Source: Nanobdellati archaeon
GTDB lineage: Archaea > Nanobdellota > Nanobdellia > UBA10117
DNA length: 64,000 nt
Assembly: GCA_016182015.1 (NCBI GenBank)
Contig: JACOYC010000012.1
Coordinates: forward strand, 29,623 to 93,622
Reading direction: 5' to 3'
Below, one piece after another: positions 18,265 through 27,918 of this stretch. Under the pieces are notes generated by a model. The model saw nothing but the letters and a program-made list of their open reading frames with translations. It did no database searches and was not told the origin of the DNA. Each line of letters opens with the position of its first letter. Position 1 is the first letter of the stretch. A program made the translations under genes and the position numbers.

Positions 18265-19041
18265 TTAACCAACCTTTGGCAACTTTGTGATGTCCTCTGA
18301 ATGCATCCACACCCAGCCAGCCCCGCCAGCTATAAGTCCAAATATCAGCGCAACCCAGAACGGCAGGAATACCAAAGTCAGTGCGGTTACAGCCGCGAAT
18401 GCCAGAAATCCGACATACAAAATCGGGTTGCCGCCGAGGATGAATGCGCCGTCAAACGGCTGCACAGCTTTTTCGGTGCTCTTTTTAAGCAACGCGGCTA
18501 AAAACGGCAGTATATTAAATGGCACCAAATGGAAGAAAACCATCCACAGATTAAAAATAAACAAGTCCTGCAAGAAGCGCACATCTCCAAAAACGCCAAG
18601 AAGTATTTTGGCGGCAATTGCGAGCAAGAGTGAAGCAAGCGGGCCAAAGAGTGCAATTTTGGCTTGAGTGTGCGGGCCAACGAATGGATATTTGAATCCA
18701 ATTCGTTTGAGTTTAACCGCCATCGAAGCACCGACTGCGGCGAATATTACTGCACCGGATGTAAGTACGCCGACTATGCCTGCAATCGCCAACATTAGCC
18801 ATGATACACTGAATTTTGTGGCGCTGCCGTAACGTGCGGCGCTTATTTTGTGCGCAAATTCATGCACAAGCAAAGAGATTAGTATGGCTGGAATGGCAAT
18901 CGCAATATTTTTCAGGCCTTCTGCGGCGCTGAATCTTGCTGCGCCCCACTGGCCGGCTGTAAGGGCGATGGACAGCACGAGCGAAGAAATAGCAATCGCA
19001 ACTGCTTCATCTTTATCAAAGGTTAATCCCACTCGCACCAT
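18265..19041 (-). CDS. M50-family (site-2-like) membrane zinc metalloprotease
   Basis: HEFAH, IALFGP, PFDG. Confidence 0.8.
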   Translation of the reverse strand: MVRVGLTFDKDEAVAIAISSLVLSIALTAGQWGAARFSAAEGLKNIAIAIPAILISLLVHEFAHKISAARYGSATKFSVSWLMLAIAGIVGVLTSGAVIFAAVGASMAVKLKRIGFKYPFVGPHTQAKIALFGPLASLLLAIAAKILLGVFGDVRFLQDLFIFNLWMVFFHLVPFNILPFLAALLKKSTEKAVQPFDGAFILGGNPILYVGFLAFAAVTALTLVFLPFWVALIFGLIAGGAGWVWMHSEDITKLPKVG

Positions 19042-19042
19042 T

Positions 19043-19555
19043 TTAACCAACATTAGATAACTCAGTCGCGTAAACGTTTATGAACTGCTTTGCCTCGTTG
19101 AAATACTCCCAGCCAAGCCTCCAGACATCTGCCTTTAGCTGGTCAACTGTGTTTTTGTAGAGATATTTTTCATAGAAGCCCTGCATAAAACGCAGCGTAG
19201 GATTCTTTCCCCAGACTTCATTTTTGTCAGTCTTGAATTTTGCTGTTACCATCATGATTAAATTTGCCTTGTTGAGTTTGTACGGCCTGCCGTCTTTTTT
19301 AGCTTCGACTTCTGTCAGCCCATAAACGTACCAGACAGTTTCTATGATTATTTTTGTGTACTCATCATAGTCTTTTTCGTCAGCCCACCGGATTTCTATA
19401 TCTTTTGCTTCGCCTTTCACTTTTTCCTTGTATTTTTTTTCCTCATGGCTGAATCCCCGCCAGGTCAGCCAGTCGTACAGGTGCTTGTAGAGTCGTTCTA
19501 AGTCGAACACTCCGACGAAGTCTATTTTTTCTTTATCCAGCTGAACTGATTCCAT
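19043..19555 (-). CDS. Conserved hypothetical protein, paralogue of 19556-20062
   Basis: Shared motif F.L..LY.H.YDWL.WR....EKKYK.KVK...IE..W....DEYT. Confidence 0.8.
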   Translation of the reverse strand: MESVQLDKEKIDFVGVFDLERLYKHLYDWLTWRGFSHEEKKYKEKVKGEAKDIEIRWADEKDYDEYTKIIIETVWYVYGLTEVEAKKDGRPYKLNKANLIMMVTAKFKTDKNEVWGKNPTLRFMQGFYEKYLYKNTVDQLKADVWRLGWEYFNEAKQFINVYATELSNVG

Positions 19556-20062
19556 TTATTTATACGCGTAGAGGTGCAGCAGGGCCTTTATTTCATTTAT
19601 TAAATCCCAGCCCTCAGACCACACACGGTTTTCAAATTTTTCCCGCAGTCCTTTGTATATATATGTATCGTAAAACCTGCGCAGGAATTTGAGCGGGAGG
19701 TTATACTCCCACACGTCATCCTTGTCGAGCACGAGGTTTCCATTGACAGAGATTTTCATGTTGCCTGCGTTCATTTTCACGCGCTCGCCGGTTTTTGTTG
19801 TTTTTTCAACGTCCACAAAGTCTTCAATTTTAACCTCAACTTCAAGCTGCAGCTGCGTGTACTCATCCACATCGCGGACCGCAGACCATTTTACCTCTAT
19901 TTCGCGGCCGAGCGCCTTTACTTTGTCTTTGTACTTTTTTTCTTTTACATCGTACTTGCGCCACTTCAGCCAGTCATAGATATGCCTGTAAAGCTCATCG
20001 AAATTGAATTCGCCGTTGTAGTCTACTCGCTCGGGGCCAAGGACTGGCAGGTTGTTGGACAT
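19556..20062 (-). CDS. Conserved hypothetical protein, paralogue of 19043-19555
   Basis: Same motifs as the neighbouring gene; the two are abutting. Confidence 0.8.
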   Translation of the reverse strand: MSNNLPVLGPERVDYNGEFNFDELYRHIYDWLKWRKYDVKEKKYKDKVKALGREIEVKWSAVRDVDEYTQLQLEVEVKIEDFVDVEKTTKTGERVKMNAGNMKISVNGNLVLDKDDVWEYNLPLKFLRRFYDTYIYKGLREKFENRVWSEGWDLINEIKALLHLYAYK

Positions 20063-20165
20063 ACAAATAAACCTTCGAAGGCAAATAAAAAGGTTGCTGT
20101 TAAAGAATTACTACTGCAGATTAGCGTTTAGTAAGGTTTATAAAAGTTCTACCTGTTTATCGTAC

Positions 20166-20342
20166 ATGGTAAAAGTATTAGAAGCGGCATTAAAAGTTAC
20201 TGGTGTAGTTCTTGCAGCTTTGGGAATTGTTCTGTTAATTGAACCCCAAAATGTTGGTTCTATACCATCGGTTTCTACGGCAATATATGGAATTATAATT
20301 ATGGCTATGGGTGGTTTTTTATTTGTGATATCTGAAAAATGA
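20166..20342 (+). CDS. Small 2-TM membrane protein
   Basis: ATG 20166 after TTTATAAA; two hydrophobic helices; ATGA overlap with the next ORF. Confidence 0.55.
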   Translation: MVKVLEAALKVTGVVLAALGIVLLIEPQNVGSIPSVSTAIYGIIIMAMGGFLFVISEK

Positions 20343-20596
20343 AGTTTCAAGATTTGCTATTAGAAAATTTGCGTTTAGAACACCAACAAACACTCCAGGA
20401 ATATTGGGGGATACTGTTAAGTGTGATTACTGTGCCAATCGCACTTTTTAGTTTATTTTTTAATATTACACATAACTTACTCGAATCTCTACCGCCCGCA
20501 GCCATACTTTTTGTTGTTTTATTTATTAGTTGGAAAAACGTTAAAAGTAAATTAATTGCTATTCGATCTAACATATTAGAGATGGATATTAAGTAG
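20339..20596 (+). CDS. Small 2-TM membrane protein
   Basis: Coupled start, two hydrophobic stretches, AT-rich. Confidence 0.55.
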   Translation: MKFQDLLLENLRLEHQQTLQEYWGILLSVITVPIALFSLFFNITHNLLESLPPAAILFVVLFISWKNVKSKLIAIRSNILEMDIK

Positions 20597-20730
20597 TCTT
20601 GGTTATTTAAAATAAGCGCAACTCTTAAAAAACTTTCTGAAGCATAATAAGCCGATTGATAGGTGATTAGCATGTTAATGCAGAAATGCTCTGCATTTTG
20701 CAAATCATTTTATTCATAAAGGGGTGAAAA

Positions 20731-22359
20731 ATGACAAACCAGAATGTACAGCCGATATTTATCCTGCCGGAAGGCACACTGAGAAGCCAGGGAAGAAACG
20801 CACAGAAAGCTAACATAAGCGCAGCTAAAGCGGTGGCCGATACAGTCCGGACTACGCTCGGGCCGAAGGGCATGGACAAGATGCTCGTGGATTCCATTGG
20901 CGATGTTGTAATCACAAACGACGGCGTCACGATTCTTAATGAGATGGAGATTGAGCACCCTGCCGCAAAGATGATGGTCGAAATCGCGAAGGTTCAGGAG
21001 GATGAGGTTGGCGATGGGACAACGACCGCGGTAGTGCTGGGCGGCGAGTTGCTGAAAAATGCGGAATCGCTTTTGGAAAAAAATATACACCCGACTGTTA
21101 TCGCGAACGGCTACAAGCAGGCCTCTGAAAAGGCACAGGCCATCCTTAACGAACTGTCAAAGCCAGTCTCCATAAAAGACACTGATGTTTTGAAAAAAAT
21201 CGCGATGACAGCGATGACAGGCAAAAATGTAGAGATTGCACGCGAAAAGCTGGCGCAGATCGCATTAGATGCAGTCCTGAAAGTCGCAGAAAACTCAGAT
21301 ATAGACCGAGACGATGTAAAACTTGAGAAAAAAGAGGGCGGCGGGATTGATGACTCGCAGCTGATCGACGGCGTTGTTATTGACAAAGAAAAAGTTCATG
21401 CAGACATGCCAAAGTCCGTGAAAAACGCGACGATTGCGCTGCTGGACTGCGCCCTCGAAATAAAAGAGACAGAGACGGAGGCAAAAATTCAGGTGGCTGA
21501 CCCCAAGCAACTTCAGGCGTTCCTTGACCAGGAGGAAAAAATGCTGAAGAACATGGTTGAAACGATTGTAAAATCCGGCGCAACTGTTGTTTTCTGCCAG
21601 AAGGGCATTGACGATATTGTACAGCACTACCTTGCGAAGAAAGAAATTTATGCCGCACGCCGAGTGAAAGAGTCAGACATGAAAGCGCTGGCAAAGGCGA
21701 CTGGCGCAAGAATAATTGCAAGCCTTAATGATTTGAAGGCAGGGGATTTGGGCAAGGCCGGCCTTGTTGAAGAGAGAAAATTACACAAAGAGTCAATGAC
21801 TTTTGTTGAGCGGTGCAAGAATCCTAAGTCGGTTACTATTTTGCTGCGCGGCGGCACAGAACATGTTGTTGCAGAAGTTGAGCGCGCGATGACAGATGCG
21901 ATTGGCGACTTGATTGCTGCAATTATTGTTGGAAAATTTGTTGTTGGCGGCGGCGCTGTTGAAATTGAGCTGGCAAAACGGATGCGAAGCTTTGCTGAAA
22001 CACTGTCGGGAAGGGAGCAGCTTGCGGTGCAGGCGTTTGCGGATTCTCTCGAAGTAATACCAAGAACGTTAGCAGAGAATGCGGGCCTTGACCCGATTGA
22101 TTCCTTAACCGAACTGAAAGCAAAGCACGATAAGGGCGAGGCAACAGCCGGTCTGAATGTTACGACGGGCAGGGCGGAAGACATGTTGGCGAAGGGCGTG
22201 ATTGAGCCGCTAAAAATAAAAACGCAGGCAATTCAGTCGGCATCAGAAGCTGCGATAATGCTGCTGAGAATTGACGATGTAATATCGGCAAGCAAATTGA
22301 GCCGGGGCGGGCCGCCCGGAATGCACGAACCTGGACAGATGGGCGGGGAAGATTTTTAG
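20731..22359 (+). CDS. thsA: Thermosome subunit (group II chaperonin)
   Basis: [32 protein letters not shown] upstream. Confidence 0.97.
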   Translation: MTNQNVQPIFILPEGTLRSQGRNAQKANISAAKAVADTVRTTLGPKGMDKMLVDSIGDVVITNDGVTILNEMEIEHPAAKMMVEIAKVQEDEVGDGTTTAVVLGGELLKNAESLLEKNIHPTVIANGYKQASEKAQAILNELSKPVSIKDTDVLKKIAMTAMTGKNVEIAREKLAQIALDAVLKVAENSDIDRDDVKLEKKEGGGIDDSQLIDGVVIDKEKVHADMPKSVKNATIALLDCALEIKETETEAKIQVADPKQLQAFLDQEEKMLKNMVETIVKSGATVVFCQKGIDDIVQHYLAKKEIYAARRVKESDMKALAKATGARIIASLNDLKAGDLGKAGLVEERKLHKESMTFVERCKNPKSVTILLRGGTEHVVAEVERAMTDAIGDLIAAIIVGKFVVGGGAVEIELAKRMRSFAETLSGREQLAVQAFADSLEVIPRTLAENAGLDPIDSLTELKAKHDKGEATAGLNVTTGRAEDMLAKGVIEPLKIKTQAIQSASEAAIMLLRIDDVISASKLSRGGPPGMHEPGQMGGEDF

Positions 22360-22476
22360 ATTTTTTTGATTACAATTGTTGCATTGGCAAAGCCAATGCG
22401 ACTCGGGGATTGGAAGTGACTAAGAACGAAGGGGCAGAGCCCCTTGGGTCTTAGGGACAGATGGGCGGGGAAGATT
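22333..22476 (-). mobile_element. 100-nt structured insertion between 22-bp direct repeats; core homologous to the tRNA-Ser intron
   Basis: GGACAGATGGGCGGGGAAGATT at 22333-22354 and 22455-22476. The reverse complement of 22378-22454 aligns with 50606-50682. Confidence 0.85.
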
Positions 22477-22492
22477 ACTAAAAATCTGCTAA

Positions 22493-24247
22493 TTATGCCA
22501 TTAGATTTGCCAGCTTTGCAGGATTGACTGCATAGAGATTCAGAAACTGCGTGACTTCCTTGAAACCCTTTATTCCTTTTTTCTGCATGCGCGCAAGCAG
22601 GCTTGCTCTCCTCTTGAGCTCCTGCTGAATATCGTTTTCTGTCCATCCGTGCCTCGAGGCTATTCTTTGCATCAAATGAGAATCAGATGTTGTAAAAACG
22701 TCCTGGCTTGGAATCCAGTGGGCAACCTCATTTGTCTTTAGCTGATTCCTCTCGCGGTCAAAGCCCTCGACCTCAACAATCTGGCTGACCTTTCTCACCA
22801 AACGCCCTTCAATTTTTGTCTTCTGCAAAAATACGATTACGTCAAGGTTTTCAAGCAGCGACATCGGCAGGCTTATCGGCCTCGTGGTAAATCTGTCTAT
22901 CACGCTGTTAATGTCATCTGCGTGCAAGGTTGACAGCGATGCGTGGCCCGTGGCCATCGCCTGAAACATTACAAATGCTTCTGCACCACGAACTTCGCCG
23001 ACGATAATATAATCCGGCCTCTGCCTAAGCGCGGCTTTCAGCAGGTCGAACATTGTTACCTCGCCGTATTTCTTCGGGCCGAAGCCGGTGCGCGCAACCT
23101 GCGGCATCCAGTTTGTGTGCATCAGTGTAAGCTCGGCGGTATCTTCTATCGAAACAACCTTTGCGGACGGGTTGATAAATTCCGCGATTGCATTCAAAAA
23201 AGTTGTTTTTCCGACGGCGGTCGTGCCTGCCACAAGAACAGATTCTCCTTCTTCGATGGCCAGCCACAGATAAGCGAGAATCATTGGATCAGCGGTTTGA
23301 AAATCCATTAAATCTATTACTGTCAGCGGTGTTTTGAAGAATTTTCGGATGCTGAAGTTAGAGCCTTTTCGCGCAATATCAGTGCCGTAAGTAATCTGCA
23401 GTCGCGAGCCGTCCGGCAGCGCAGCATCAAGCAGCGGCGCGGCTACAGAAACAGTCCTGCCGGATTTCTGGGCCAGCTTCATGGCAAATGCGTCCAGTTC
23501 ATCCTTTGATTCAAACCAGACGTTTGTCGGCATCTGCCCGTAAATCGGATTTCTGTGGAAAATAAAAATCGGCACGCCAGTCCCATCACAGGAGATATCT
23601 TCTATTTTCTGGTCGCGCATTATCGGCTCTATCCTGCCAAGGCCGATTGTATCGCGGTAAATGTAATATTTAACATTCAGTGCATCGTCGTCTTTTGGTT
23701 TTGCGCTGAGAAATTCCCATGCCTCGTTTATTTTTTCGTCAATGTAGCCGTAAATTTCCTCTTTCTCATGCAGCCTGCCGAAGTCAACTTCCAGCCTGTC
23801 GTGCAGTATTTCTATAGTTTTAGCAACCAAATCCTTGAGGTCCGGCGTAAGCTCCGGCTCGACAATGTGATAGATAAGCTGGTTGGCAATTTGGTTAAAA
23901 TGAATATCTGCATGAGCCAGCACGCGTTCCTTGCCGTGCCATTTTGTCTTGATTAGCGGATATGTTTCGTGAACTGTTTTGATTTTCCCGAGAAAGTCCT
24001 GTTTTTTTCCAAGCACTTCGTCAAATGTTTTTGGCAGCACAACTCGTTTGCCGCCGCCTTCAAGTTCCAGATGCGCCTCAGCTAATGTTTGTTTTGGCCT
24101 GCTATCTTCCGCAATCGGCATAGCAACTTCCTGCGCAGGAATTTCTGTAATAGATTGAGCTGGCTCTGTTGCCCGGCTTGCTGTTTCTGCCTGCTGCCGC
24201 TTGCTTCGCAGGCCTGCAAGCAATCCAAATAAAGCAAGGGTGGCCAT
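22493..24247 (-). CDS. Type IV pilus / type II secretion assembly ATPase (PilB/ArlI/VirB11 family)
   Basis: EDISCDG, FSIRKF, GTTAVGKTT, IEDTAE, RQRPDYIIVGEVRG, ATGH..STLHA. Confidence 0.93.
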   Translation of the reverse strand: MATLALFGLLAGLRSKRQQAETASRATEPAQSITEIPAQEVAMPIAEDSRPKQTLAEAHLELEGGGKRVVLPKTFDEVLGKKQDFLGKIKTVHETYPLIKTKWHGKERVLAHADIHFNQIANQLIYHIVEPELTPDLKDLVAKTIEILHDRLEVDFGRLHEKEEIYGYIDEKINEAWEFLSAKPKDDDALNVKYYIYRDTIGLGRIEPIMRDQKIEDISCDGTGVPIFIFHRNPIYGQMPTNVWFESKDELDAFAMKLAQKSGRTVSVAAPLLDAALPDGSRLQITYGTDIARKGSNFSIRKFFKTPLTVIDLMDFQTADPMILAYLWLAIEEGESVLVAGTTAVGKTTFLNAIAEFINPSAKVVSIEDTAELTLMHTNWMPQVARTGFGPKKYGEVTMFDLLKAALRQRPDYIIVGEVRGAEAFVMFQAMATGHASLSTLHADDINSVIDRFTTRPISLPMSLLENLDVIVFLQKTKIEGRLVRKVSQIVEVEGFDRERNQLKTNEVAHWIPSQDVFTTSDSHLMQRIASRHGWTENDIQQELKRRASLLARMQKKGIKGFKEVTQFLNLYAVNPAKLANLMA

Positions 24248-24277
24248 TAAATTAAAACACTTAGCATATTTATAAAG

Positions 24278-24727
24278 TTAGCTCAGCCTTAACCTTCCAG
24301 GCCCGATAAAGCTTATCTTAACCTTGCCAGCCGAGGAGCCAGAAGCGCCGTCAATTGTCGCGTTTTCCCAGATTAATGTTATGTTTGTGTTTTTTACTAT
24401 TTGCGGTTTGCCCAGCGTCCTGAACTCCAGGATTGTGTTCCTGCCGGCCAGCAGGTATCTCTGGTCGCCAACCGTCTCCGGAATCTCAAAAATCCTTGTA
24501 AAGTTCCTGACATCGTCAGTATATCTTGTCGTGGAGTTAACTGTAACCTTCATCTCAGCGATTGTTGCCAGCGCCTTGTTCAGGACTGCTTCGCCAAATT
24601 CACCTGCCGCGTTTTGAGTTGCAGATTTTTTGTATAGCTCAGATGCCGCGAAAACTCCGACTAGCATAAGGAATGATATGCCTAAAATAAGAAGCGCGTA
24701 TGTCGTGTTAAGCTGTGCCTTTTTCAT
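24278..24727 (-). CDS. Pilin-like protein (class III signal peptide)
   Basis: MKKA/QLN followed by a hydrophobic stretch. Confidence 0.7.
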   Translation of the reverse strand: MKKAQLNTTYALLILGISFLMLVGVFAASELYKKSATQNAAGEFGEAVLNKALATIAEMKVTVNSTTRYTDDVRNFTRIFEIPETVGDQRYLLAGRNTILEFRTLGKPQIVKNTNITLIWENATIDGASGSSAGKVKISFIGPGRLRLS

Positions 24728-24728
24728 T

Positions 24729-25313
24729 TTAAATCATGTTAACATCAACTATTTCTGTTGTGTTTCTTATGCAGCCAGGAATGCCCTCATTCGACTCAAA
24801 TGCCCAAGTTATGAAAATTAAATGGCTGCCGGCCCCGACAGCAGACTGCTGGCCAGGCCTTAGTCTTATGCGATAACAGTTCGAGCTTGTGTCGTTTAGT
24901 GTTATGTAATGCAAAGTCATTTCTATCGCGCCAAGTTCTGTCATGTAGGCCGGCTCGTCGATGCCAAGCCGCCCAAGCTCTGTCTTGTTTCCGATAAAAG
25001 TCCGGGAGTATGGCTGCGGCAACCTGATGTTAGCAACATATACTATGGAATTATTGTTTGTTCCATTGGTGTCAAGGAAAACCCTGCCTTTCTTAATCTG
25101 AAACGGAACAGACGCGCGAGCCTGCTCGCTCGCAGATTTTTTTATCGCCGCGTGAAGCTGAAGGAATTGGTTCTCCATCGCGGAAACATCGTCGCTGTTC
25201 TGCGCCTTTTGTATGTTTGGGACTGCCCACAAAAAAACACCAGTCATTACTGTAACAGCTATTGCAGTCAGTATCAAAAAACCAATCAGGCTGGAAACGC
25301 CGCGCTTGTCCAT
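24729..25313 (-). CDS. Archaeal type IV pilin-like protein
   Basis: MDKRG/VSSLIGFLIL class III signal. Confidence 0.8.
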   Translation of the reverse strand: MDKRGVSSLIGFLILTAIAVTVMTGVFLWAVPNIQKAQNSDDVSAMENQFLQLHAAIKKSASEQARASVPFQIKKGRVFLDTNGTNNNSIVYVANIRLPQPYSRTFIGNKTELGRLGIDEPAYMTELGAIEMTLHYITLNDTSSNCYRIRLRPGQQSAVGAGSHLIFITWAFESNEGIPGCIRNTTEIVDVNMI

Positions 25314-25433
25314 GCACAGAAATCTTGCCAGTGGTTAAATAATTGTATTATAAACTAAAGAGTGAAAACCAAAACCTAAATACGCCTAAAGCTTTATATT
25401 GGTTGTTATAATTATGAATGTGAGGTAAATAAA

Positions 25434-25772
25434 ATGGCCATTGCAGAATACCGAATACAAGTGCCAGCGACACACGGCCTGAAAAGGCAGTTGCGCCAGA
25501 ATCTGAAGTCCGGCACAGACACCCAGCTCTCTTCCCTAAAGGGCAGCGTGGACGAACTCCTTGGCATTATCAAGCAGGCCTCTGAATCCGAAGATGCAAA
25601 GCAGGTTTCTGAGATTGCAAAAAAACTTGACAAAATTTCCGAACAAAATGCTGCAATAATAGCGGTACTTACAGACCTTGCAAGCCTGATAAAAAATCTT
25701 AAGCCGCCATTCGATCCATCGCAGCCAAGGCTTCGCAGCACAGCAGGAATTGCATACCAGAGGACCAGATGA
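25434..25772 (+). CDS. Hypothetical coiled-coil protein leading the pilin operon
   Basis: GAGGT SD; ATGA overlap with the next gene. Confidence 0.6.
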   Translation: MAIAEYRIQVPATHGLKRQLRQNLKSGTDTQLSSLKGSVDELLGIIKQASESEDAKQVSEIAKKLDKISEQNAAIIAVLTDLASLIKNLKPPFDPSQPRLRSTAGIAYQRTR

Positions 25773-26314
25773 TATTCAAAATTAAAAAAACAGGTAGAAA
25801 AGCCCTGACACCAATAATCGCAGTCATACTTTTGCTCATGATGACTGTCGCGGCGGCAGGCGCGGCATTCTTCTGGATTTCCAGAATACAAGGGCAGATG
25901 CAGGGCGGCGTGGAATCTTTCGAAGGCAGGATTTTCGAGGGCATTGCATCGCAGATAAATGTTATTGATGCGGACTACTCCACAAGCTCCGAGAACTTGA
26001 CTATTTTCTTTCACAACACCGGCAACAAAAAAATCCCGCTGAAAAACACGGATGTGAACCCTACAACAACCTGGATTCTGAGAAACCCCGACCAGGAAGT
26101 TGTATGCTCAACGGACTGGAGCGGCAAAAGCACTAGTGTAGCATGCAGCGGGTGCGGCTCAACAGTCGAAGTTGACATAGGCCAGCTGAAGAGCATCTCT
26201 CTGAACACTGCAAACACTGCCTGTGATATAACAAAATATGGCGGCGGGAAGGCATTTACGTTTACAATAGATTTTTCAGGGCAGACAACAACATCAGGCA
26301 GCTTTATTTCTTAA
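25769..26314 (+). CDS. Archaeal type IV pilin
   Basis: GRKA/LTPIIAVILLLMMTVAAAG..FFW. Confidence 0.85.
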   Translation: MIFKIKKTGRKALTPIIAVILLLMMTVAAAGAAFFWISRIQGQMQGGVESFEGRIFEGIASQINVIDADYSTSSENLTIFFHNTGNKKIPLKNTDVNPTTTWILRNPDQEVVCSTDWSGKSTSVACSGCGSTVEVDIGQLKSISLNTANTACDITKYGGGKAFTFTIDFSGQTTTSGSFIS

Positions 26315-26354
26315 TAGGAAAGCTTATATTAGAATAAATTAAAGACAATATAAA

Positions 26355-26987
26355 ATGGCCACTACGAAACGTGCAATAGCGCGCAGCCTGCTGGCTCCGC
26401 GAATTGCTTTTTCAAATAGAAAAGCAATAATGCAGAACAGAGTTCCGCAAATTGCATTTCGTCCGCGAAACGCGATTACACCAATAATCGCAGTCATAAT
26501 GCTGTTGATGATGGCGGTAGCCACTGCGTCAGCAATGTATTACTGGTTAAACAGGATACAAACGCAGCAGCAGGGCGCGATAGAAAGCTTTCAATCAGGC
26601 GTGTTTGAAAACCTTGCGTCTAACGTAGATATAATCGGAACAAAATACATAGACGGCAACCAAACCCTGGAGCTGGTAGTAGAAAATACTGGCAATACAA
26701 AAATTACTATCTCGAACTCTGGCACAAAACCGACAACTGAGTGGACTGTGCTTGACTCTGACCAAAAGCCCGTGTGCGCGGTAGACTGGAGCGGGACTGG
26801 CAGCAACACGCGCTGTCTCTCCGGCTGCGGAACTTCGACTATTCTTAATACTGGCCAGATAAGGCGCATCCTGCTTAATTTGACCGCCAGTGACTGCGCA
26901 ATACAATACCTTGCGAATGGCTCTACATTCACATTCGAAATAAGCTGGAGCGGCAAAACAAAATCCGCAGGGAGCTTTGTAAAATAA
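26355..26987 (+). CDS. Archaeal type IV pilin; leader extended by two palindromic inserts
   Basis: Paralogue of 25769 (NTGN.KI, VC..DWSG, C.SGCG). Leader repeats KRAI/RKAI/RNAI before TPIIAV. Confidence 0.85.
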   Translation: MATTKRAIARSLLAPRIAFSNRKAIMQNRVPQIAFRPRNAITPIIAVIMLLMMAVATASAMYYWLNRIQTQQQGAIESFQSGVFENLASNVDIIGTKYIDGNQTLELVVENTGNTKITISNSGTKPTTEWTVLDSDQKPVCAVDWSGTGSNTRCLSGCGTSTILNTGQIRRILLNLTASDCAIQYLANGSTFTFEISWSGKTKSAGSFVK

Positions 26988-26988
26988 A

Positions 26989-27918
26989 ATGCAATATAAG
27001 GCTGTAACGCAGGACAGAGTTCCGCGAATTTTTTGTTCCAGGAAAACAATTACTCCGATTATAGCAGTCATACTGACTATGATGATTGCAGTTGCAGCTG
27101 GCGGCGCAATGTTTTATTGGATAAGCAGGCTTCAGACGCAGGACCAAGGCGCAGTTACGCAGTCTCAGCAAAGGCTTTTTGAAACACTGTCGGCCTGCCT
27201 ATCACTATCATCTTTTGACATGAACTTAATTAGCAACAGATCAAACTTCGTACTGCAGAACTGCGGCAGCACAAAAATAAATTTTGGAGATGCAAATGCT
27301 GAGGACTTTGGCATAATCAGCTCGCAGGGAATAGATCCGTGCACTTTTAGTGTAAACACAACAAGCTGTATCGGCTGTCCGGTTTTTCTTAAACCCGGGG
27401 AGGCCGCAACACTGTCGCTGAATTGGACAAACGAAAAACGTTGTGTCGGCCAGATCGTGGCTGGCAAGCAATATCAAGTATTATTCAACGTCGACAGGAC
27501 GGTCAGTGCATCGCGCGATTTTGTGCCTGAATCAGCAGCAAGATGCGGCTTAAATTTTGAGAACGCCACAAGGCTGGCCGCACAGGCACACCACGCAGGC
27601 AACCCACCAAGCTACTGCTACAAGTTCCAGCTGACAAACACCGGCAACGCGGCCGACACATACAACTTTACAAATTCTACCGGTACAAACTGCGGCTCTG
27701 CTCGCATACTTACAATCGGCTGTGGGGCAACGGGAATTGCGAACCACACAATATCGCTGGCTGCAAGCGAAAACTACACAATTTATTTTAACCAGACTGT
27801 AATAACCGCGGATTTAACTTGCACAAGTACCATTACTGCAGCCTCGCTCAACTGCAGCGCAAGCATATCTAAGGACACCAGCACTTCATATATATCTCCA
27901 GGGGATGCCGCACAGTAA
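26989..27918 (+). CDS. Pilin with Cys-rich C-terminal extension; palindromic insert in the leader
   Basis: RKT/ITPIIAVIL, NCG.TK, DPC.F..NTT.C..CP. Confidence 0.8.
   Translation: MQYKAVTQDRVPRIFCSRKTITPIIAVILTMMIAVAAGGAMFYWISRLQTQDQGAVTQSQQRLFETLSACLSLSSFDMNLISNRSNFVLQNCGSTKINFGDANAEDFGIISSQGIDPCTFSVNTTSCIGCPVFLKPGEAATLSLNWTNEKRCVGQIVAGKQYQVLFNVDRTVSASRDFVPESAARCGLNFENATRLAAQAHHAGNPPSYCYKFQLTNTGNAADTYNFTNSTGTNCGSARILTIGCGATGIANHTISLAASENYTIYFNQTVITADLTCTSTITAASLNCSASISKDTSTSYISPGDAAQ

Noticed and set aside
22333-22476. attL/attR of an integrated element or a classical IS
   Set aside because: Only 100 nt inside, with no integrase or transposase; kept as a small structured insertion.
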